This document shows positions 1-9,034 of a stretch of DNA of 64,000 bases, one piece after another. The notes under the pieces were generated by a model. The model did not search any database and was not told the DNA's origin. It worked only from the letters and a program-made list of their open reading frames with translations. This DNA is from a virus (lineage: Duplodnaviria > Caudoviricetes), in IMG/VR virus record IMGVR_UViG_3300044641_006190, positions 1,465-65,464 of that record; one strand, given 5' to 3'. Position 1 is the first letter of the stretch; every line of letters starts with the position of its first letter. The translations under genes were made by a program, and so were the position numbers.

Positions 1-689
1 GCGTTGCCTTTGATGAGCTGGCGCTGTTGCTCCGAGGACATGATGACCACGAAGATCGGCTGGCCATCGACCATGCCGTAGGCACCTTCTTCACCGGCAC
101 CGTCATGGATCATCTTCCAGCGAACATGATCGAGCACGTCCTGGTGGATGGCGCTGTCGGCCTGGACTCCGGCGAAATCTCCACCAGAACCGGCTGTGAG
201 CGAGCCGCCGTTGAAGACGAGACGGTTGGCATCGGGAATGACCGCGCAGTATTCGCTGCGGTCACGGGCTTCCCAGATGTCGATGACGTTCTTCTCGAAG
301 TTGTTTTTGATCTCGGCGACCTGCTGCTTGAACTTCACAGCAGCGCGAGCGTCCGTAATGCACAGCGGATCGGAGTCCACCACATACTCGGCGAGCTGCG
401 AGGTCTGCGTGGCAGTCCGGGAGCTGAGCGTGGCGGCGACCGGAGCACAGGCTTTCGAGGTGGCTTCGGAGGTAGAGCCCGCGACAGGATTCCAGCCAGC
501 GCCTTCACCCACGGTGGGGATGGTGCGCTGATAGACGACGCGGGAGACAGTGTGGCCCATTTCATCGGGGAAGAAATCCTTTTCGAGGACAGCGTTCCAC
601 GGAGAGGTGGTGCGACCGCGACGGGCGATGTCGCCGGTGATGCGGTTGGATTCTTTGGCCAGGTAGGCGTTTACGACTTCACAAGACAT
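1..689 (-). CDS. Major capsid protein (partial, runs off the window start; absent from the ORF track)
   Basis: Hand translation from the ATG at 689 gives MSCEVVNAYLAKESNRITGDIARRGRTTSPWNAVLEKDFFPDEMGHTVSR..., open to position 1. Position after terminase-portal-scaffold, with its own promoter candidate. Confidence 0.75.
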   Translation of the reverse strand, partial: MSCEVVNAYLAKESNRITGDIARRGRTTSPWNAVLEKDFFPDEMGHTVSRVVYQRTIPTVGEGAGWNPVAGSTSEATSKACAPVAATLSSRTATQTSQLAEYVVDSDPLCITDARAAVKFKQQVAEIKNNFEKNVIDIWEARDRSEYCAVIPDANRLVFNGGSLTAGSGGDFAGVQADSAIHQDVLDHVRWKMIHDGAGEEGAYGMVDGQPIFVVIMSSEQQRQLIKGN

Positions 690-825
690 GGCAGTGGGGG
701 TGGATAAAGGTGGGGAAGTGGGCGATCTTGATTATGATCGTCCGGGAATTGCCTGTGGAGTCGTGGTCAGGCAGAAGGAAACTCCGTGAATCGCCAATCA
801 GAGAAGGGATGGGCTACCCACGGAA

Positions 826-853
826 AGTCTATATTCCCTACCAAATTCGTCAA
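826..853 (-). promoter_or_regulatory. Sigma70-like promoter for the capsid gene
   Basis: Minus strand TTGACG-N16-TAGACT, overlapping the scaffold stop codon. Confidence 0.5.
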
Positions 854-1992
854 GAAAGAATTTTTTCGAGTCCTGCCATGAACGAATCCTCGCCATCACC
901 GGCTGCCGGAGAGATTCCGCCGCTGCGAACTGCCGGGGAGACAGCTCCGCGTTTTGCCAGGGATTGTTTGAGGGTCGCCAGCTCCTTGGCCTGCGCCTCG
1001 ATCTTGGAGGCGAGGGAGGGCAGAAGCACGGCGGCGTAGCGGGCGTAGGCCTGCGTCTCCGGCGCGGCCCCGGCCAGATCGGCCTCCTTGGCTTCGGACA
1101 CCAAGCGGGTCACCTCGTCTCCGCCTTCCTTGAGGAAAGGCAGCTTTTCCTGGAGGCCAGTCCAGACCGAGTCGGCCACGCGGCCGAACTCCTCACGTTG
1201 CTTCTGGCGCAGGGTCTCCTGCTCCTTGGCCCGCGACTCCTCCAAATACTTCTTGGACTCGTTGGCCTGGCGTTTCACCTGAACCGACCGCTCGTAGAGT
1301 GACTTGGCCTCGTCCACGACGCGCTTGAACTCATACTTGTCGAAGTCGTTCATGCCGCCGACCAGCTCGGAAAGAAGCTGGTTGCGCTCAAGCACGTTGG
1401 GAGCTGTCGCCGCCTTGGCGATGTCCTTGAGGTCGATCTGATACTTCTCGGCGAAGGACTGGATCAAATCCTCGGCACGGGATAGCGGCTCGGCGATGTT
1501 CATCTGATACTCGCGGCTCTGCTCCACATCGACAAGAGCCATCTTCTGATCGTACTCCTGCAACTGCTTCTTGGACATCTCCAGCTCGGCACGCAGGGAC
1601 TCAATGTCTGCGGTGTTCGCGGCAGACGGCGGCTGCGATTTGAGCCTTGCCAGCTCGGCCTTGGCCTCGTCACGCTCGCGCTCGGCGTCGGCACGGAGCT
1701 TCTTCAACTCCTTCCAGCCAATCTTGTTGACCTCCTTCTTGAGAGGAGGCGCGGCATCCGCGAGATCGGGGTCTTGATTCTCGGGCTCCGGCGACGGCTC
1801 TTCAACCGCTGGCGACGGTTCCTCCTCTCCCGAGGGCTCCTCGTCGGAAGACGGAGGCGGCTCGGAAGATGGCTCTGCTCCGGCAGCCTCAAAAAGTCCG
1901 GCCATAAAGCCAGAATCTCCGTCATCGGAGACGGCAGGGTTATCTGTTTCCGGTGCGTATTCGGCGGCGTGCGGGTCGGTGTTGTCGTTCAT
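850..1992 (-). CDS. Capsid scaffolding protein
   Basis: Acidic, Pro-rich N-terminus and long coiled coil; lies between portal and capsid genes. Confidence 0.7.
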   Translation of the reverse strand: MNDNTDPHAAEYAPETDNPAVSDDGDSGFMAGLFEAAGAEPSSEPPPSSDEEPSGEEEPSPAVEEPSPEPENQDPDLADAAPPLKKEVNKIGWKELKKLRADAERERDEAKAELARLKSQPPSAANTADIESLRAELEMSKKQLQEYDQKMALVDVEQSREYQMNIAEPLSRAEDLIQSFAEKYQIDLKDIAKAATAPNVLERNQLLSELVGGMNDFDKYEFKRVVDEAKSLYERSVQVKRQANESKKYLEESRAKEQETLRQKQREEFGRVADSVWTGLQEKLPFLKEGGDEVTRLVSEAKEADLAGAAPETQAYARYAAVLLPSLASKIEAQAKELATLKQSLAKRGAVSPAVRSGGISPAAGDGEDSFMAGLEKILS

Positions 1993-2282
1993 GCGGAGGG
2001 GTCAGTTTGGGGCTCGGATTTGCGCCACTCTTGCGGCAATTTCTTGGTGATATGGACTTGAGGACGGGACAGTTTCAGGAAGGTGTCGATGGCCTTCTGA
2101 AATCCTGCCTGCTCGGCATGCAGCAGCGCGATGTGAACCGGGTCGGTTCCGTAGTTGCCAGCAGGAGCGTTGGTGGTGCGCAAGACATCCAGCGCATCCT
2201 GGACGATCGGCTGGTTCTTGAGCAACGTGGCCAGCTCCTCGGCGTTCTGCGGGGTGGCATACCAATCTTGGATGGTCATCAT
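1989..2282 (-). CDS. Small head-region hypothetical protein
   Basis: 97 aa, ATGA-coupled to both neighbours. Confidence 0.7.
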   Translation of the reverse strand: MMTIQDWYATPQNAEELATLLKNQPIVQDALDVLRTTNAPAGNYGTDPVHIALLHAEQAGFQKAIDTFLKLSRPQVHITKKLPQEWRKSEPQTDPSA

Positions 2283-2479
2283 GGCGTCAGAATGCGGGGG
2301 ATGGCGTCGTCCTCGATGGCCTCACGAATGAGCTTGCCAGCGTCGAGGATGCCTTGCTTGAGGGTGGTGAACTCGACGATGACGGCGAGCCCGAGTCCGT
2401 CTCCCATGTGACGAAAAACGTGGAGGCTTTTGTCATTGGGGAAGACTTTGATGGAGAAGAGGTATTCGTTTTCGATCAT
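2279..2479 (-). CDS. Hypothetical protein
   Basis: 66 aa, ATGA-coupled. Confidence 0.6.
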   Translation of the reverse strand: MIENEYLFSIKVFPNDKSLHVFRHMGDGLGLAVIVEFTTLKQGILDAGKLIREAIEDDAIPRILTP

Positions 2480-4722
2480 TGGGAAAGTCGCTCCCGGGCG
2501 ATTTTGGCGGCCGCCTCGGCATCCTTGATAAGCATGTCTTGTCGGGCGGTCTCGTCACGGATGCGAAGGTCTTGCTGGTGCTTCTCCTCCGCCATCCGCA
2601 AACGGGTGCTCGTCTCGATGAGCTGGCGTTGGAGCGTGTCCGGGAGATTGTTTGGGTTGGCGGCGTTGGCCTCCGCTTCCGGCTGCTGTTGCTGCTCCTC
2701 CATCACCTTCTGCATGTGTTTGGTGGCGTTGTATAGGATGCCGTCGATCTCCTGCAACCGCTTCTTGATTTGGTTGTAGTCCGGCTCGCTGACAAGGTAT
2801 TGCGCGTGCTCGGAGGTGTGCTGGTGCAAAGCCGTGAGCGCCGGGGTGGCCTGCTCGACCGGAACCGTGCCTTCGTCCAATGCTTGAACAAGGGCTTCCT
2901 CCTCCGGCAGATGCGTGTCGAAGTGGACGCGGTGAAGCGTGTTCGGACGGACGGGAACTTGGTTGCCCTGCTTGAGCACGATGTTCTCAAGGGCGGCCAC
3001 TTCAACCTCCATCGGCGGACGGAGATTTTCGGGAGCCGGAGTGTAGCGGTCTGCCGCCTCAACGCCGCCAAGAGTGCGGGTGAGGTCACGGATGACCTGC
3101 TGGCGTCCTTGCGGATCGAAGTTGGCGGCGAGGGAGTAGAGCTTCTCCATGAGCGCCGAGCGAGCGGCGGAGGAACCCCCACCAACTGCACGCACCGCCT
3201 CGACACGCCCGACATCCACAGCCAGGATGGCCTCGATGGGCACTCCACGCGCCATGCACCGGTCGCGGAACTCCTGGACACTGCGACCGCCCGGGTCCTC
3301 GGGGAAGTAATCCTCGCGGACGGCGCGGCGGACAGTCTCGCGCAGCAGTCTTTCCCACGGGATGTAGAAGAGGTTCAACTGGGCAAGGCTGATGTTGGCC
3401 ACCGACTCAAGCTGTGCTTGCGTCTCAAACTTGGTGCGCTGACGCGCCGAGTTGAAGATCGCCTCGGTGGTGTAGGTGCCCGCCTGCTGCTGGAGCAAGG
3501 TGGACAAGTCATTGAGTCCGGGGATCAAGGACTGGCTGAAATTGGGCTGGTCTTTCTGAATGACCTTGATGTTCGGCGGCTTGACCACGAACGGACCAAA
3601 GTGGACGAGGCTCATGTCCTGCATGGCATCCTCGTTGTCCGGCTCGATCATGAGCATCGAACTTGTCATCAAGCTGTCGTAGAACCGTCCGCGCAGACGG
3701 TTGAGCGCCTGCACCACGGAGAAAATCTTGCTGGCCATGCCACGGATGCTGTGGAAGTAGCCGTTGGTTCCGATGCCAAAGACGAAGGTGTTGAACGCCT
3801 CGCTGGTGTTCGCATACCTGCCCTTGTTCTTGTAGAGGAAACCAACTTCGATGTCCGTGTCCTTCTCGGGGAAGATGTACTGGGAGATTTTCCCGTCCAG
3901 TTCCTTGGCCCACATGAACACCAGCTTCACCTCGGCGGCGGAAGCAGCGGAGGCGGCAAGGTCGTTGTTCTTGAACTCGCGCTGCAACTCCTCCCACGAC
4001 TCGATCGTGTTGGTTGATCTGCTGTGCTGCATCGCGCCAAGCAGCGCCTTCTTCACGGCGGGCACGTTCCAATGCAGCTCGGTGGCAAGCGCCTCGTCCT
4101 CGATCTTCTGGAAGAGTTCGTGCGGAGGGACGCTGCGCACAATGCAGCAAAGCTCGATCTCCTCGTCGGAGGCGCGGGTGTTGCGCGGGATGAGGAAGTC
4201 TCCCAAAGGAGCCACCTGCCAGCGCCAGTCGATCTCATCCTCGCGGAAACAAAGTCCGACGCCATGCACAAGGAACTGCTGGACCAGGAACAGGTAGCGG
4301 GGGAAGAACTCCGGCCAGTTGCGGACCATCCGGGTGAACTCGTCGGCCATGATGGACTCCCACTCGTGGCGCATCTGGGGGTCGCCATAGTTGGTGGGCA
4401 TCGTGTTGAGCACGTCCACCGAGGTCACCAGGTCCAAATACGGGCTCGTCGCCATTGAGACCAACTGCTCGCCCTGGCCCCAGTTGACGTTGCAAATCTC
4501 GCCAAGGCCGTTCATGTCGAGCTTGCTCTGGTCATACGGACTCTCGCCGTCGATCATCGACTGCACTTCTGCACGCCCGCGACGGGCATCCTCATCGGCC
4601 TTGAGCATCCGCTTGTAGGCGGCCTGCGCGGCCTTGGCATCCTTGATGCGGGATCGAAGCAACTGGCCGTCTTCCTGAACTGGAAGAAGGAGGTCTTGGG
4701 AAGTCGTCGGAGTTGGGTTCAT
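2476..4722 (-). CDS. Portal protein
   Basis: 748 aa, helical with a Q-rich coiled-coil C-terminus; downstream of the terminase. Confidence 0.75.
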   Translation of the reverse strand: MNPTPTTSQDLLLPVQEDGQLLRSRIKDAKAAQAAYKRMLKADEDARRGRAEVQSMIDGESPYDQSKLDMNGLGEICNVNWGQGEQLVSMATSPYLDLVTSVDVLNTMPTNYGDPQMRHEWESIMADEFTRMVRNWPEFFPRYLFLVQQFLVHGVGLCFREDEIDWRWQVAPLGDFLIPRNTRASDEEIELCCIVRSVPPHELFQKIEDEALATELHWNVPAVKKALLGAMQHSRSTNTIESWEELQREFKNNDLAASAASAAEVKLVFMWAKELDGKISQYIFPEKDTDIEVGFLYKNKGRYANTSEAFNTFVFGIGTNGYFHSIRGMASKIFSVVQALNRLRGRFYDSLMTSSMLMIEPDNEDAMQDMSLVHFGPFVVKPPNIKVIQKDQPNFSQSLIPGLNDLSTLLQQQAGTYTTEAIFNSARQRTKFETQAQLESVANISLAQLNLFYIPWERLLRETVRRAVREDYFPEDPGGRSVQEFRDRCMARGVPIEAILAVDVGRVEAVRAVGGGSSAARSALMEKLYSLAANFDPQGRQQVIRDLTRTLGGVEAADRYTPAPENLRPPMEVEVAALENIVLKQGNQVPVRPNTLHRVHFDTHLPEEEALVQALDEGTVPVEQATPALTALHQHTSEHAQYLVSEPDYNQIKKRLQEIDGILYNATKHMQKVMEEQQQQPEAEANAANPNNLPDTLQRQLIETSTRLRMAEEKHQQDLRIRDETARQDMLIKDAEAAAKIARERLSQ

Positions 4723-5486
4723 GGCTGTGTGGGTTCCTTGCGCGGCCGTCCACGACCACGTTTGGGAGCCTCAAGCGTAGCCTCGTTCTGCGGAACGTCC
4801 AACACGTCCTCTCCAGCCTCCGGCTCATTGCCGAGAATGTTGTCGGAGATGGAACTTCCCGCAAGCCGGGTGACCACCACATGACCGGCGCGAGGTCTGA
4901 AATCCTCCTGCCAGTTGGCATTGGCGATCTGCTCCGTGATGGCCGAGTTCTTGACCATCTCAAAACGGCGGAAGACCTCGTGGTGCGTGCCGTGATTGCG
5001 GGCGGTGTTCTTCTCCAGCTTGGTCACGTTGGCCGGATAGACCGCCGCCTCCAGAATGTAGGGGTCGCCCAAATCAAGACGATCCACGCCGGACACGTCA
5101 CGGAACCTGCGGGTCAGGTTCGACTGGCAGCCAAGGTAGCGGCGGAGAGATTCGCGGTAGTTGCGGTCCAGCACGTCCGCCCAGTTCGGAACCAGCGGCA
5201 GCGTGTCTGAGGTCAGGTAGAACCAATGTTCCGTGAGCATGTTGCGGGCCACGGCGTCGAACACCTCGTTGGATGATCTCGGCGGCTCACGATAGATGGT
5301 CGGCAGGACGGCCTTGAAAGTCACATCCCGGATGCCGTCGAAAATGCTCTGGACTTCGGTGAGCAACGAGCCGGTCGTGAAAACCGTGATCTTGTGGCGG
5401 GCGTCGAGAGGGCCAAAGTGGCGGAGAACTGCGGCCAGCGTCCGTGCGCGAGGCAGCGCCTTATTGGTAACAGGGATTGCAATATC
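4719..5486 (-). CDS. Glycosyltransferase-like protein with C-terminal AT-hook
   Basis: Start likely MDIAIPV. WFYLTSDTLPLVPNW...AAVYP aligns by eye with 57583-58398. Ends KRGRGRPRK. Confidence 0.5.
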   Translation of the reverse strand, partial: DIAIPVTNKALPRARTLAAVLRHFGPLDARHKITVFTTGSLLTEVQSIFDGIRDVTFKAVLPTIYREPPRSSNEVFDAVARNMLTEHWFYLTSDTLPLVPNWADVLDRNYRESLRRYLGCQSNLTRRFRDVSGVDRLDLGDPYILEAAVYPANVTKLEKNTARNHGTHHEVFRRFEMVKNSAITEQIANANWQEDFRPRAGHVVVTRLAGSSISDNILGNEPEAGEDVLDVPQNEATLEAPKRGRGRPRKEPTQP

Positions 5487-5527
5487 CATTTTCGCTATTT
5501 TTGGGCGGATATTTACCAATGCAACCC

Positions 5528-8320
5528 TTAATTTGCCCGCATCCTGGCGAATTTCCGGGAAAATGCCTTGAAAGCGGACACCCTGGCCGGGGAATTTTCT
5601 TTTTCGTGCGGACGTGTGCGCAATTTACTGGAGAGTCCAAGACGGGAACGGCAAAGCTCAAGGCAGAGCAAGGCGGCGTCCGCACGGTCAGGGGATTTTC
5701 CAATCCTCGCCTTCATGTCTTTTTTCGGCTCCACCTGCACCTTGCCGCGCTGCTTGTTCTCAAATTTCCGGGCGCAGAGTTCCTTGGCCAGCGCCGGGTA
5801 GATACCCCTGATCTGGCCGGACTGGAGATATTCCCTGCCCGAAAACCAAATTTCTGACACGCGGTTGATATACCGGTCCTTGGAGGGAGTCGGGTCGGTG
5901 CCGCTGGCTGGCAGATTCGATGCCTGCCCGCTGAAATTCACTTCCAGGAACTCGCCGCTCCACTCGGACCTGACCACATCGCAGAAAGGTTTGCCCGCGC
6001 CGGTGCCGTCGATCGCCAGCCGCTTCGGGTGGACATTGCGGGCCTCGCAGGCCGCACGCAGCAGGCGGATGATCTGGTGGGTGCGCGGCTCGTCCTTGAT
6101 GTCACGGTCTTCCTGCAACTCGGCAAAGTCTCCCCACTCCAGAACTTTGTTGCCGTCCTTGTCCTCGCCGAACTTCCCGAACTGCACGAAACTGTCGTCG
6201 CCGCCGTTGGTGAACGCCGGGTCGAATCCGGCGACCGCGTCCGGCGGGGTTTTCCAAAAGGTCTTGGAGTCGCCGCGATATTTGATGATGTCCGCCTCGC
6301 TGAACACTCCTTCGTCAACGCCGGTCTCGTGGAACCAGCCTTTCACGAAGCGGGCATACCGCTGGGTGGTCTCGCCAAGCATGGATTTGAAGTCGGCCAG
6401 CTTGCGGGCGGTCATCATCCAAGGGTAGCGGTCTTCTCCCAGCAGGATGTTGGGGGATTTCTCCCCGTCGAACCGGATGCACTTGCCAAGGACTGTCTCC
6501 CACTCCTCGGAGTCTGAGTGGATCGAACCCCAACCGTTCTTCGGCGTGGAGAACACTCCAAAGGGATCGTAGTGGCTGTTCGGGTTCCCGATGCCGAGCA
6601 TGCTGAAATCCGGGTTGGAATACAGGTTGGCCTCCGCCGCATTGAGGAGCTTCTCGGAAAGCTCCGGCAACTCATCGCAGATCAGGATCACGCGGGAGCC
6701 TTTGTAGCCGATCAGCTTGCCCATGGCCTCGTTGGCCTTGGACTTCTCACCGGCGATGAGAACCAGTCCTTGACGGTCGGATTTGAAGTTGCCCTGCCGG
6801 TAGCGGATCATCCCCGAGGCCGAGACCAGCTCTCCCGGGAGCACCTGCTCGCCCCCAAGCACGGCTGCGGCGGCCTGCCAATACTCCTCCACCGAGCCCC
6901 AAATACGCTGACGCGAGTCTTTGAGGGATGTGGAGGTTACCAGAACCTTGGTGCCGCTGGGGGCAGCCAGGAAGTTCACGATGCCCCAGATGGCCCCAAA
7001 CTCACTCTTCCCAGAATTGTGGTGAATCGCCCCTTCTGCAAAATAATGGTGTTCAACAGGAACATTCAGGTCATAGAAATCGTGAACTCCGACACTTTGA
7101 ATTGATTCGACCACAACAAGTGATACCTGTAAAGGCAATGAGTGCTTGGGCAAAGAATCTTCTGAGGAATCAAGAAGTTCTGGCTCTGTTCCAGACGACA
7201 GGCAGCACCCGCTTGGTTGCTGACCAAATGGGCCTTCCACTGAGGACAGTTTCTCACATCCTGAAATCGAATGGTGTAAATACACCTCGGGAGGGTCGCC
7301 GTCACAACCCGTACGCTTCCTGTGATCGAAATGCGGAACTGGTTCTCCAAATGAACCGGGAAGGCCGCTCTCTAGCTGAAATGGCAAAGGCGGTTGGCAC
7401 CAAAGGGAGTGAGGTGAAGAAATTTCTTCGGCGTCACGGGGAGACGCGAGAGTTTCCAAAAGCCGTGACGGGGCCTCGTCATTACGCGTGGAAGGGGCGG
7501 ACAACAGATGCGGATGGGTATGTTCTGGTGCATGTGAAAGGTCATCCCAGACAAAGGAGACATGCCCCGTATATCTTTGAGCATCGTCTGGTGATGGAGC
7601 AGCACTTAGGGCGGCCGCTTGAGCGGCGCGAAGTTGTTCACCATAAAGATGGAAACAAGGCGAATAATCAGATCGAGAATCTGCAACTGTTCCAAAGCAA
7701 TGCCGAGCATCTGGCTTTCGAGTTGAAAAGTCGGACCCCAAAGTGGTCGCCGGAAGGTCGGGCGCGTATCCAAAAAGCTCGCTGGCCACAGTCACCGACT
7801 CTGCTCGAACCCACCCATGCGGAGTCAAAAGCCGATGCGCCTTCGTACACTTGAATGACTCTCCGTTGGACAGCTTGAACTCGAAAAGCTCCTCCCGACC
7901 TTTCAGGTAGGGCACGTCTGCGAGAACCGGGCCGTTGAGGGTCTGCACAACTGGTTGAATTTTCGACTCACATAGCTCTCGGATAGTGGGCAAGTTTCCA
8001 GTTAGAGGGTCCAGCATCCGGGTATCTCCTGAAACGCAGGAGGAGCATCCGGCGATCGCGAGGAACTTGTTCGCGCAGGCGTTTTCCAACATCCGCTCGG
8101 CCCAAGGGTGGAAGACGAATTTCTTGGTCGAGGCCTTTGAGTTCCAAATGGCATTGACGATGTTTTTGAAGTGGGTCGGCTTCCCCGGGGAGGTTTTCGG
8201 CGGATTGAGGAAGGCTTCCAGTTCCAGGGTCAGGTCGTGCATCGGTTTTCCAGCAACCGGACGCCACCAGACCCCATACTTTTCGCGGTAGCCTTGAGCG
8301 ATGAGATCGGATTTTTTCAT
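5528..8320 (-). CDS. terL: Terminase large subunit with an intein in the Walker A motif
   Basis: Spliced Walker A GCSS|SGKS, Walker B LICDE, GNP motif, RNase H-like AGFDPA...AIDGTG...SPDRADA. Confidence 0.93.
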   Translation of the reverse strand: MKKSDLIAQGYREKYGVWWRPVAGKPMHDLTLELEAFLNPPKTSPGKPTHFKNIVNAIWNSKASTKKFVFHPWAERMLENACANKFLAIAGCSSCVSGDTRMLDPLTGNLPTIRELCESKIQPVVQTLNGPVLADVPYLKGREELFEFKLSNGESFKCTKAHRLLTPHGWVRAESVTVASELFGYAPDLPATTLGSDFSTRKPDARHCFGTVADSRSDYSPCFHLYGEQLRAAQAAALSAAPSPDDAQRYTGHVSFVWDDLSHAPEHTHPHLLSAPSTRNDEAPSRLLETLASPRDAEEISSPHSLWCQPPLPFQLESGLPGSFGEPVPHFDHRKRTGCDGDPPEVYLHHSISGCEKLSSVEGPFGQQPSGCCLSSGTEPELLDSSEDSLPKHSLPLQVSLVVVESIQSVGVHDFYDLNVPVEHHYFAEGAIHHNSGKSEFGAIWGIVNFLAAPSGTKVLVTSTSLKDSRQRIWGSVEEYWQAAAAVLGGEQVLPGELVSASGMIRYRQGNFKSDRQGLVLIAGEKSKANEAMGKLIGYKGSRVILICDELPELSEKLLNAAEANLYSNPDFSMLGIGNPNSHYDPFGVFSTPKNGWGSIHSDSEEWETVLGKCIRFDGEKSPNILLGEDRYPWMMTARKLADFKSMLGETTQRYARFVKGWFHETGVDEGVFSEADIIKYRGDSKTFWKTPPDAVAGFDPAFTNGGDDSFVQFGKFGEDKDGNKVLEWGDFAELQEDRDIKDEPRTHQIIRLLRAACEARNVHPKRLAIDGTGAGKPFCDVVRSEWSGEFLEVNFSGQASNLPASGTDPTPSKDRYINRVSEIWFSGREYLQSGQIRGIYPALAKELCARKFENKQRGKVQVEPKKDMKARIGKSPDRADAALLCLELCRSRLGLSSKLRTRPHEKENSPARVSAFKAFSRKFARMRAN
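7016..8038 (-). mobile_element. Cis intein (341 aa) in TerL
   Basis: N-terminal CVSGDTRM, block B CTKAHRLL, C-terminal FYDLNVPVEHHYFAEGAIHHN followed by Ser. Confidence 0.93.
7138..7854 (+). CDS. HNH homing endonuclease encoded antisense inside the TerL intein
   Basis: Two HTH-like N-terminal segments, then WKG...DGYV...EHRLVMEQHLGRPL...EVVHHKDGNKANNQIENL. ATG at 7138 follows AAAGG. Confidence 0.88.
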   Translation: MSAWAKNLLRNQEVLALFQTTGSTRLVADQMGLPLRTVSHILKSNGVNTPREGRRHNPYASCDRNAELVLQMNREGRSLAEMAKAVGTKGSEVKKFLRRHGETREFPKAVTGPRHYAWKGRTTDADGYVLVHVKGHPRQRRHAPYIFEHRLVMEQHLGRPLERREVVHHKDGNKANNQIENLQLFQSNAEHLAFELKSRTPKWSPEGRARIQKARWPQSPTLLEPTHAESKADAPSYT

Positions 8321-8452
8321 GGGCCTTCCTTAAAACAATTATTAAACATTACCCTAGACGGGAAAAATTTTCCAGACACCGACGTAGAACCCCGGCGGCC
8401 CGGAATCTGGGGGTGGGGGAGGACCGGTGGTGGTCTGGTGGCGGGCGCTTGC

Positions 8453-8971
8453 TCATTTTCCGGCGGGGGGTAGCGGTTTGGGGGGCGGCACCAATTCTGG
8501 CGGGGCAGGCTGGATGGCGAAGGGCAAAGGCGTTTTTTCCTCGGATTTGTCCGAAAACTCGACGTAAGCCGGACACTGACTGGAGTTTATCTCTGGGAAG
8601 TGCAGCGAAACGAGCGGCGCGGCGGTCTTGTCGAGTCCAGCGGCACGCTCCGCGATCCGGGCGGCGCGTTCTATATCCTCCCACCTTTCGAGCTTTCGCG
8701 GGGTGGCGGTGCGTAGGGCGGTGTTGGCGAGGTCGTACAGCGTGCCGCGCAGGCGTTCGCCCTTCTGCTCCCATGACTCGGCGACGACGGCGGCGGGGGG
8801 CTTGGGGACTGGCGGGGATGGGGCCGAGGCCGCAAGGCGGGCAGGTGTGGGCCATTGCTCCCGCTGTGCGCGTTTCTTCGCTGTTTCGTAGGCAAGCCCG
8901 TACTTCCCGGCGGCCTCCTTTATTGTGAGCCCGAGCGCAACTGCCTCCCTACATGCTGTCCAATCGTCCAT
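8453..8971 (-). CDS. Probable terminase small subunit
   Basis: N-terminal HTH (W...GLTIKEAAGKYGLAYETAKKRAQREQW), immediately upstream of terL. Confidence 0.65.
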   Translation of the reverse strand: MDDWTACREAVALGLTIKEAAGKYGLAYETAKKRAQREQWPTPARLAASAPSPPVPKPPAAVVAESWEQKGERLRGTLYDLANTALRTATPRKLERWEDIERAARIAERAAGLDKTAAPLVSLHFPEINSSQCPAYVEFSDKSEEKTPLPFAIQPAPPELVPPPKPLPPAGK

Positions 8972-8976
8972 GGGCG

Positions 8977-9018
8977 CAAAAAAAAGCCCGCCCCGGCGAA
9001 AATGCAAGGGCGGGCGGT
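8977..9018 (-). terminator. Intrinsic terminator
   Basis: Minus strand gcccgccc...gggcgggc followed by a T-tract, just after the peptidase gene. Confidence 0.7.
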
Positions 9019-9034
9019 GACGAGAGCGCGGGGG

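Noticed and set aside
27-707. 226-aa plus-strand ORF
   Set aside because: Antisense shadow of the capsid gene; no motifs.
2770-4017. 415-aa plus-strand ORF
   Set aside because: Shadow of the portal gene caused by GC-rich codon bias.
6928-7137. N-terminal extension of the antisense HNH ORF
   Set aside because: It overlaps the TerL extein and intein C-terminal blocks; the ATG at 7138 is more plausible.
8383-8390. CGTAGAAC, complementary to the outer core of attC-C
   Set aside because: No surrounding palindrome, wrong side of the array, and the 8-mer recurs elsewhere in the window.
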